IMG/VR virus record: IMGVR_UViG_3300033076_000838 | Span: 239,836-287,455 of that record | Source: a virus | Taxonomy: Duplodnaviria; Heunggongvirae; Uroviricota; Caudoviricetes | Strand: one strand, 5' to 3' | Length of the DNA stretch: 47,620 nucleotides | Shown: positions 11,029 through 18,695 of the stretch, in pieces | Position numbering within the stretch: the stretch's first letter is position 1 | How the letters are laid out: each line of letters begins with the position of its first letter | Made by a program: the position numbers and the translations under genes | The notes under the pieces: model-generated | What the model saw: only the letters and a program-made list of their open reading frames with translations | The model's database searches: none | Told to the model about the DNA's origin: nothing

Positions 11029-11574
11029 ATGAGTACACCTAAATTTACACCTTATGTAGATGCATTGACAAGTGCTATGAAAGTAATTATGGATGATGAA
11101 TCTACAATTTTTATAGGTCAACAAATTGTTTATTATGGAAATCCTATGAGTAAAACCATAGAAGGTTTACCAAAAGAAAAAATGATTGAAGTGCCGGTTA
11201 TGGAAGAAACACAAATGGGTATGAGTTTGGGTTTGGCATTAAATGGTCATAAAGTTGTTACATTTTATCCACGTTGGGATTTTCTTATTTGTGCGGCAAA
11301 CCAATTAATAAATCATTTAGATAAAATAAAACTTATGTCTGATAATGATTGGAATCCTCATATTTTAATTAGAGTTGGTAAAGGTTCTGATAAACCATTA
11401 GACCCGGGTCATCAACATAAAGGAAACTATACACAAGAATTTAAATCTATGTGTCCTAATATTGAATTTCACGATTTAAAGACATGGCAGGATGTAGAAT
11501 TAAGTTACAAATATGCAATTGAAAACGTTGGAATTCATTGCTTAGTTGAATACCCAGAATTATATTATGCATAA
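11029..11574 (+). CDS. Short ThDP enzyme E1-beta/transketolase pyrimidine-binding subunit (no C-terminal domain)
   Basis: FIGQQI, IEVPVMEETQMGMSLGLAL, YPRWDFLICAANQLINH, GHQH. Confidence 0.85.
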   Translation: MSTPKFTPYVDALTSAMKVIMDDESTIFIGQQIVYYGNPMSKTIEGLPKEKMIEVPVMEETQMGMSLGLALNGHKVVTFYPRWDFLICAANQLINHLDKIKLMSDNDWNPHILIRVGKGSDKPLDPGHQHKGNYTQEFKSMCPNIEFHDLKTWQDVELSYKYAIENVGIHCLVEYPELYYA

Positions 11575-13000
11575 CGAAATAAAAAACTTATATGCCGTTT
11601 ATGATTTTTTTGGACCAAATGGATATATTCCAAATGCGTTCAATTATTTTTATGCATATAAGTTTTTTGAAGAGGATGGTAAAATAAATAATGTAGTAAG
11701 TGACCATTTTTTTAAAAATTTTTTACAAATACCCGTTTATAATGCAAATTTAAATTTAAATGCAAATTTATATAAAAAACTTTCATTTAATGAGTATAAT
11801 GATATTAGAATAAAAGATGATAAGTCATTTATTTATTTAGTAGAACCATTTGGAAGTTTTGCACAATTTTTGGGTAAACAAACTCAATTTTCAGAATGGA
11901 ATTTTATAGATTTTATATCTGAACATGCACGTAAAGAAATTAGAAATACTCCTAATTTTTATTTACATATAAATTTTTCAACGGAAGGTGTATTTGAAGA
12001 ACACTTAATTGTTTATTTATACGAACTATTAAATCGTTACGAAATTCCTGCAAATAAAGTTATTTTTACTATATCAAGTGTTGATATTGAGGAAATACAT
12101 AATAAAATTTGTTTAGAAAATAATATAACTGAAAAAATAAAAGTAATTTATTGGGGGTGGTCACTAAGAACAAAATCATTAGAATTAAAACGTATTTATG
12201 ATAATATTGAATATAAATTTTGGGACCACGTTGATAATAATAGCACAATAGTAAGAGAAAGTGATGTTGATTTTAATAAAATAAGACCTCATAAATTTTT
12301 ATTTATGAATCGAAGATTACGTCCCCAACGAGTAATTTTATTATCATTATTGGGTAGTGAATTTATAAATCAAAATTTAGTATCATATGATATGAAAATG
12401 TTTGAAAGAGAAAATGACCTTTCATTTTTTTCACATCACTTAAAAACAAGTCATTTAGCTATAAATTCATTTAGAGAATTTCAAAATTTATTAAAATCAG
12501 AACGAAAAACTATTGATTATGAAGATTTAGAATCAGTATGGGGATTTAATTTTGAAACCAAAGAACCATATTTAGATAGTTATATTCATATACTTTCAGA
12601 AACAAATTTCTATGAAACTGGATTATATCTTTCAGAAAAAACATGGAAACCGATTGGACATTTACAACCATTTATAATGGTAAATAAAGCAGGAGCATTA
12701 AAAGAATTACATAATTTGGGATTTAAAACGTTTTCACCATTTATTAATGAAGAATATGATAATATTGAAGATGATTCGGAACGAATGGAGTTTATATATT
12801 CTGAAATTATAAGATTAAATAATTTATCTTTTGATGAAATACATAATTGGTATAAATCTATATGGAATATACTTATCTACAATAGAAATCTTTTATTTGA
12901 TTATGCAGATAAAAAAGATGAAATGGAAAATAATTTTTTAATAACGTTAAGAAATACTATAAATGAAAAAACTAATAAAAATAATACAAGATTGGTTTAA
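11567..13000 (+). CDS. Putative glycosyltransferase (GT10-like), paralog 3
   Basis: KFLFMNRRLRPQR, YIHILSET, LSEKTWKPIGHLQPFI, LGFKTF..EEYD. Start moved from TTG 11546 to in-frame ATG 11567, which overlaps the upstream stop. Confidence 0.5.
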   Translation: MHNEIKNLYAVYDFFGPNGYIPNAFNYFYAYKFFEEDGKINNVVSDHFFKNFLQIPVYNANLNLNANLYKKLSFNEYNDIRIKDDKSFIYLVEPFGSFAQFLGKQTQFSEWNFIDFISEHARKEIRNTPNFYLHINFSTEGVFEEHLIVYLYELLNRYEIPANKVIFTISSVDIEEIHNKICLENNITEKIKVIYWGWSLRTKSLELKRIYDNIEYKFWDHVDNNSTIVRESDVDFNKIRPHKFLFMNRRLRPQRVILLSLLGSEFINQNLVSYDMKMFERENDLSFFSHHLKTSHLAINSFREFQNLLKSERKTIDYEDLESVWGFNFETKEPYLDSYIHILSETNFYETGLYLSEKTWKPIGHLQPFIMVNKAGALKELHNLGFKTFSPFINEEYDNIEDDSERMEFIYSEIIRLNNLSFDEIHNWYKSIWNILIYNRNLLFDYADKKDEMENNFLITLRNTINEKTNKNNTRLV

Positions 13001-13082
13001 AAAACGTAATTTAGAAAAGCAATATAAAAAACGTTTAGAAGAACTTCGTAAAAGAGACCCATTCATTTACAAAAATCACTAA
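12963..13082 (+). CDS. 39-aa basic micro-protein (MKKLIKIIQDWFKKRNLEKQYKKRLEELRKRDPFIYKNH)
   Basis: Translated by hand; below the ORF-track cut-off; fills the gap before the 13097 motif. The C-terminal LEELRKRDPFIY resembles a small peptide recalled from large phages. Confidence 0.65.
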   Translation: MKKLIKIIQDWFKKRNLEKQYKKRLEELRKRDPFIYKNH

Positions 13083-13096
13083 TTATGAAAACATTC

Positions 13097-13105
13097 ATAT
13101 TTATA
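13097..13105 (+). promoter_or_regulatory. Putative late-promoter motif ATATTTATA (first intergenic copy of ATA(T/C)TTAT)
   Basis: Same motif at 17993, 20301, 22513, 27739, 28128, 31935, 32396, 36763, 40009, 40063, 43932, 44604, always intergenic and upstream of a + strand gene. Confidence 0.65.
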
Positions 13106-13128
13106 TACTAAGATACAGCACGTAAATT

Positions 13129-16100
13129 ATGAATGAATTAAGTAAATATCTGATGGAACAAATACTTTTAACCGAAGAAGAGTTAAAAGATTTTGTAGTA
13201 GTTTATTCAGGTAGATTTCAACCATTTCACAAAGGTCATTTTGCCACTTATCAAGGACTTGTAAAAAAGTTCGGTAAAGATAGAGTGTATATTGGAACGT
13301 CTAACAAAACCGATAATCAAAAATCACCATTTAATTTTAAAGAAAAGAAAACCATAATGACTAAAATGTTTGGTATTCCATCAAACAAAATAGTTGAGGT
13401 TAAAAATCCTTATGCTCCAACTGAAATACTTAAAAACTTCGATGAAACCACAACTGGTTTTATTACCGTCGTTGGTGAGAAGGATGAACAACGTTTAGGT
13501 GGTAAATACTTTGAAAAATATAAAGGTAAAATTGAATTTGGATATAAAGATAAAGGATATGTTTATACTTCTCCTGCGCAATCAAACGCAGTGAGTGGAA
13601 CTGATGTTCGTAATTGGTTAAGTAAAGGAACTGATGATGAAAAGAGAAACAATTTCTTAAAAGCATATCCAAAATTTGATGAAACAATCTATAAATTTAT
13701 TACACTTAAATTAGCTAAATTGGGAGAAGGATTTCCCGGTGGTGTTGGTGTAGGTTTATCTTTGCCGGGTGGATATATTAATGGTGCACCTAAACCGGAA
13801 GATGTAAAAAAGATGCGTAAGAAATTGGATAAACAAGATGATATAAACGAAGAGGTTAAATGGGTAGATAGTACATATGATAAATGTATGTTAGGTAAAT
13901 TACCTCTCTCACTCAATATTGTTAAAAAATTAGTAGACCCAATTAAAACAATTTCATTACATGTAACTGATGTTGAAAATTTACCAAAAGTTGCATCATT
14001 AGAAGGAACTAAAAAATCAATTTCTACATTTACACACACTACCAGATGGGGTAAACTTGTACAAGGTAAAGGATTACATACAAAAGGTGGTATAATTGTA
14101 GCATTATCAGGTTATGTTTTGGCACAAAGTATAATGGACTTGTGGACAGAACCTGATAAACAAGGTAGAAGATGGGTAAATCCTGGTACTGTCATAGCAA
14201 ATTTAGGAAGAGAGCAAGATGTAGTATTTAATTTTGCACCTGAATTAAAAAAGTATAAGGAAGAGTGGATGAAAAATATGTATGATAAACCGGCTACAAG
14301 TCAAGAAAAAGCTGAGTTTATAAAAAAATACTATGATGCTGCTGAAAAATATATGTTGAGTAAGAAAAAAGATTTTCAAGAGAAATATCTAAACTCAAAT
14401 GCATTATATTACGATTCAGATTGGAATGAGGTAGTCCTTACACAAATTAAAATAGAAAAGATTTTAGCTATTCCAAGTAATTGGAGTGATGATGAAACTG
14501 AAAACGAAAAAACGTTAAAACAACTTAAACAAAAATACAAAAATGTAGAAGTTGCAAAAAATCAAACTGATATTCAAAATTTCATCAAAAATAATGGTGG
14601 AACTATTAAAGAAGGTGTAAACGAAGACATTAATTTAGATGTTAAGATAGGTGATACTATCTTAATGGGTAAATTTAAAAATAAAAAAGTAGTTGTTAAA
14701 TCAATAGGTAAAGATGAACATGGAATGCCAACCATTAATGGTAAAAAAGCAACCACATTCAGAATCTTACCTAAACAAAATATATTTAAGGAATCTATGC
14801 AAACAAATGAATTAACATATTTAGATGAATTAGTAGGGGAATATTCTCATTTATTGGATTTATTAGAAGCAAATAGTGAAGATGATAAATACGTTCATAT
14901 TGGATATGGTAGATATAAAGAAAAAGGTAAAGAAAAAGACCAAAACGCACCTACATTTCAAAAAGATGATAGTGGAAAATATATCCAAACGAAAGGTGAT
15001 AAACCTGCTCAAAAAGAAAAACCAACTGGCCAAGCAATACAAGGTGCAGATATGTTTAAACACGACAAAAGTGTTAAACAAAATATTTTATCAAAACCTG
15101 CACAAATTGTAAAAAATAAAAAAGAAATTTTAAAAAGTAAAATTGTAAATTGGTCCGAAAAAGAAAAAGAATTTTTTAATAAAAATCAGGATAAACCAAA
15201 TTCAGAAACACGTAGAAGTATTGGTGAAACTTTAAGAGATAAAGCAAAAGGTGCTAGAAATGCTATTATTCATGGATTCAAACATGAAGCACATTTATTC
15301 AAATCAGCAGCAAAAGGTGTTGGTAATTTTGTAAGTGGAAAGGGAGTATCCGAAGAAGAAAAGAAAGCATTAATTGATGTTGGTAAAAAAGTAGTTATAG
15401 CAGGTTTATTAGGTGTTGCAACAGGTGGATTATCACATGGTGTTTTACCATTTGCACAACATCTTGCAGTTGAATTTGTTCCACATATAGTTGTAGAAAC
15501 AATTGCAATGGGTGCAGGAAAAGCAGCATTATTTGCAGATACTAACGAAGATGAAAGATTATTAAATGCATTTGTAGATAAACTTATTGATGGTATTGAA
15601 ACTATGGAAATACCTGATGATGTGATGGATAGTGCAATTGATTCATATAACGAACAACAAAATGTATCCGAAATGAGTATATCTCAATTGAATCAGATTG
15701 AGAAATATGCAGAAAAACAATTATCACCGGAAGATATTGAATTTACTAAACATTTCTTTGATAGAGTGAATGATGTTCGTAATGGTAAAGAAATATCAGA
15801 ACCAGAATTGACTGGGTTCTTTAAAAGATTATCTCGTCATAAAAAAGAATTTAAACAATTCTTAGATAAATACCAACAAATTGTTGTTAAAGATAAAAGA
15901 AACGATATAAACATTCCGTTTGTAAAACAAGCAAATCAAATTATTGCAAAGACGGTAATGAGAAAAGATGATTTTAAAACATCAAACCCAACTCTTGCTT
16001 TTGAAATTGCAGTACAAGTAGATAAAATACCCGGTGGATTGGCAAAAGGATTATCTTTATCTGATATTGCTAAAAAACATAATATAAGTGATACCGAAAT

Positions 16101-17976
16101 TACTGATGAATTCAAAAAAGGATATAAAGTAGAAAGAGAACATACTACCGATTCGGATGTTGCAAAAGAAATTGCTTTAGACCATTTATTTGAAGACCCA
16201 AAATATTATACAAAGTTAAGTTCAATAGAAGAAGCAGGAAGAGTTCCACAAAGTTTCAATTATGGAACAGGTTGGGATTATCATACTGCGATAGGAACTA
16301 ATCCAAACAAATATAGAGGAAAGACTAATTTCCCAACAAAAGATTCAGGACAACCAGATTTAGAAGATGAAGATGATGTAAATGAAATCGGTGTAGGAAC
16401 TGGTCAAAATGGTATAAGACCGGAATATCCAAAAGGTGATAAATTATCTGATAGAATGAAAAATGTTAAATCTGCAAGAACAAAAACTGATTCAGATGAA
16501 GAGTATCAATATAAAAAAATAAAAGAAGCATACACAAAAGGACAACTATTTGCAGGTAATCTTAAAATAGGTGGAGTTGTAGTTCCAATTGAGGTAGAAT
16601 TGGTTGGTGCAGATAATAAAAAAAATGTATTCATTACAAAGGTAATCAATATTGATAAAAAATATTTAAGTAAATTACCATCAAATGGTATATTAGAAAT
16701 ACCTGCTAGAATATTCAGATTTACAGGTGGATGGAGAAGGATAAAAACTCCATCGGTATTTGAAGGTATGATAAATGAAGGTGGTGCATACGGACATATG
16801 AACCATCCATTTGATACTGAAATCAATTTAACATTTGGTCAATTAAAAGATATTGTAAATCGTGCATTGGATGGTAATTTAGAATTGACTAGAGAAAAAA
16901 CTGATGGGCAGGCTTTAGCAATTAGTTGGGTGAATGGTAAATTAGTTGCAGCTCGTAATAAATCTCATTTAGCAAATAGAGGTGCAAATGCATTAGATAT
17001 TAGTGGTGTTGCTACTAAATTTGCTGGAAGAGGTGAATTGGAAAAAGCATACAATTTTGCAATGCAAGATTTAACTAAGGCTATTAAATCTCTTTCTAAT
17101 AAACAAAAAGAAAAGATTTTTAAGAATGGTGCTTGTTTTATGAATATAGAGGTAATTTATCCAACATCAGTAAATGTCATTCCTTACGGACAACCCCTAT
17201 TAGTATTTCACGGAACTATGGAGTATGATGAGAGTGGTAATGCAATTGGAGAAGATGCAGAAGCAGGTAGAATATTGGGTGGTATGATTAAACAAATTGA
17301 ACAACACATTCAGGACAATTATACATTACAAGGCCCACCAGTATTGAAATTACCGAAATCACAAGACCTATCATCTAAGAAACCAAAATATCTTGCTAAA
17401 ATTTCTAAATTACAAAAGGAATTTGGGTTGGGAGATACTGCAGGTGTTGCTGAATATCATCAAGCATGGTGGGAAAACTATGTAGATAAAAAATCACCAT
17501 CAATCTTAGATAATACTGCAAAAGTAGGATTAGTTAAACGATGGGCGTTTGGTGAAAAAGGTTTCCGTATTGATAAGAATACAATTAAAGATGAAAAAAC
17601 TCTTGCATGGGCAACTAAGATAGATAAAGAAGACCAAAAAGGTATTGCGAAGGATAATCTAATGAAATTTGAAGATATATTTTTAGGTGTAGGTGCAGAG
17701 GTATTATCATTCACATCATCAGTATTGACGGTAAATCCAGATAAGGCTGTTAGGGATATGAAAAAGAGATTAGACCAAACAATCAAAGATGTAGAAGCAA
17801 GTGGAGACCCTAAAAAGATAGAAAAATTAAAATTAGAATTAAAAAGATTAAACGCAATCGGTGGTCCATCTAAAATTGTTCCAATTGAAGGTATTGTGTT
17901 TATATACAATGGTCAAACATTCAAATTGACCGGTGCATTTGCATCATTAAATCAGCTTTTGGGTATTTTTTACTAA
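13129..17976 (+). CDS. 1615-aa multi-domain putative head-packaged polyprotein: HxGH cytidylyltransferase-like, ART-like, RNase-like, DUF5661-like and KxDG ligase-like domains
   Basis: GRFQPFHKGH (13210); LHVT/SIST/WNEVVL; IEFTKHFFDR; GYKVEREHT..IALDHL.EDPKYYTKL; EKTDG (16894) and EGIVF (17887). Domains are separated by hydrophobic-x-E linkers. Confidence 0.7.
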   Translation: MNELSKYLMEQILLTEEELKDFVVVYSGRFQPFHKGHFATYQGLVKKFGKDRVYIGTSNKTDNQKSPFNFKEKKTIMTKMFGIPSNKIVEVKNPYAPTEILKNFDETTTGFITVVGEKDEQRLGGKYFEKYKGKIEFGYKDKGYVYTSPAQSNAVSGTDVRNWLSKGTDDEKRNNFLKAYPKFDETIYKFITLKLAKLGEGFPGGVGVGLSLPGGYINGAPKPEDVKKMRKKLDKQDDINEEVKWVDSTYDKCMLGKLPLSLNIVKKLVDPIKTISLHVTDVENLPKVASLEGTKKSISTFTHTTRWGKLVQGKGLHTKGGIIVALSGYVLAQSIMDLWTEPDKQGRRWVNPGTVIANLGREQDVVFNFAPELKKYKEEWMKNMYDKPATSQEKAEFIKKYYDAAEKYMLSKKKDFQEKYLNSNALYYDSDWNEVVLTQIKIEKILAIPSNWSDDETENEKTLKQLKQKYKNVEVAKNQTDIQNFIKNNGGTIKEGVNEDINLDVKIGDTILMGKFKNKKVVVKSIGKDEHGMPTINGKKATTFRILPKQNIFKESMQTNELTYLDELVGEYSHLLDLLEANSEDDKYVHIGYGRYKEKGKEKDQNAPTFQKDDSGKYIQTKGDKPAQKEKPTGQAIQGADMFKHDKSVKQNILSKPAQIVKNKKEILKSKIVNWSEKEKEFFNKNQDKPNSETRRSIGETLRDKAKGARNAIIHGFKHEAHLFKSAAKGVGNFVSGKGVSEEEKKALIDVGKKVVIAGLLGVATGGLSHGVLPFAQHLAVEFVPHIVVETIAMGAGKAALFADTNEDERLLNAFVDKLIDGIETMEIPDDVMDSAIDSYNEQQNVSEMSISQLNQIEKYAEKQLSPEDIEFTKHFFDRVNDVRNGKEISEPELTGFFKRLSRHKKEFKQFLDKYQQIVVKDKRNDINIPFVKQANQIIAKTVMRKDDFKTSNPTLAFEIAVQVDKIPGGLAKGLSLSDIAKKHNISDTEITDEFKKGYKVEREHTTDSDVAKEIALDHLFEDPKYYTKLSSIEEAGRVPQSFNYGTGWDYHTAIGTNPNKYRGKTNFPTKDSGQPDLEDEDDVNEIGVGTGQNGIRPEYPKGDKLSDRMKNVKSARTKTDSDEEYQYKKIKEAYTKGQLFAGNLKIGGVVVPIEVELVGADNKKNVFITKVINIDKKYLSKLPSNGILEIPARIFRFTGGWRRIKTPSVFEGMINEGGAYGHMNHPFDTEINLTFGQLKDIVNRALDGNLELTREKTDGQALAISWVNGKLVAARNKSHLANRGANALDISGVATKFAGRGELEKAYNFAMQDLTKAIKSLSNKQKEKIFKNGACFMNIEVIYPTSVNVIPYGQPLLVFHGTMEYDESGNAIGEDAEAGRILGGMIKQIEQHIQDNYTLQGPPVLKLPKSQDLSSKKPKYLAKISKLQKEFGLGDTAGVAEYHQAWWENYVDKKSPSILDNTAKVGLVKRWAFGEKGFRIDKNTIKDEKTLAWATKIDKEDQKGIAKDNLMKFEDIFLGVGAEVLSFTSSVLTVNPDKAVRDMKKRLDQTIKDVEASGDPKKIEKLKLELKRLNAIGGPSKIVPIEGIVFIYNGQTFKLTGAFASLNQLLGIFY

Positions 17977-18034
17977 AAATAATTCTTTCGCCATATTTAT
18001 CTATATTAAAATAAAAACCTAATATATAATAATA

Positions 18035-18694
18035 ATGGCGAAAGAGTTCAAAAAGAAATATATGCATCCAACTCGTAGAAAGTTGGTGGATATGGTGTTA
18101 CATGGTTCGGATTACGAAACAAATACTACAATAGGTTGGAACGCAGATAAAATTGAACGTAAAGTTGGTGATGTTTGGGAAGACGAACATCATAGATACG
18201 AAAAGAAAGAAGGATTTACTCTAAAAACTTCTAAAAATTCTGAAGCATTTGAAGAACTTCGTAAATGGAGGGATGAACAATCAAAATGTAAAAGTCCAGA
18301 ATGTAAAACAATCAAATTTACACCCACTCACAAAACATTAATCAAAAAAACAGGTTATTGTGCAAACTGTCTAGCAGAAATAGAAACTAAAATTCGTGCT
18401 TTAGATATGTGGGAACATTATGAGGATTATAAAATTTATACTCGTATGTTAGTTGATGGTAAAATCAAGTTAGAAGAACTACAACAAGCATACACCGATG
18501 TAAAACCATTTTATGAATACATCAACGAAGATGGAACTACTGAAAAATGGGAATTACCACAATCAGTAGAAGAAGTCAAAGCAGAATTAATGGAAATGAT
18601 TGAATTTGGTAAAACCGAACTTATAAAGGTAGAAGAATTCAGAAATAAAGCATTTGAAATTTTAAAAGAAAACAAATTGGAACACTATTTGTAA
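18035..18694 (+). CDS. Hypothetical protein upstream of terminase (Cys motifs CxxxxC and CxxC); terminase small subunit possible by position only
   Basis: ORF with its own ATATTTAT motif, directly upstream of the terminase large subunit gene. Confidence 0.55.
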   Translation: MAKEFKKKYMHPTRRKLVDMVLHGSDYETNTTIGWNADKIERKVGDVWEDEHHRYEKKEGFTLKTSKNSEAFEELRKWRDEQSKCKSPECKTIKFTPTHKTLIKKTGYCANCLAEIETKIRALDMWEHYEDYKIYTRMLVDGKIKLEELQQAYTDVKPFYEYINEDGTTEKWELPQSVEEVKAELMEMIEFGKTELIKVEEFRNKAFEILKENKLEHYL

Positions 18695-18695
18695 T

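Noticed and set aside
3872-11574. Pyruvate dehydrogenase as a central-metabolism auxiliary gene
   Set aside because: Subunits are truncated, there is no E2/E3 in the window, and the context is NDP-sugar enzymes
13129-17976. Intein insertions or assembly chimera explaining the giant ORF
   Set aside because: No C...HN intein ends or LAGLIDADG motifs seen; the frame is continuous and junctions share one linker motif. Read mapping would still be needed to exclude misassembly.
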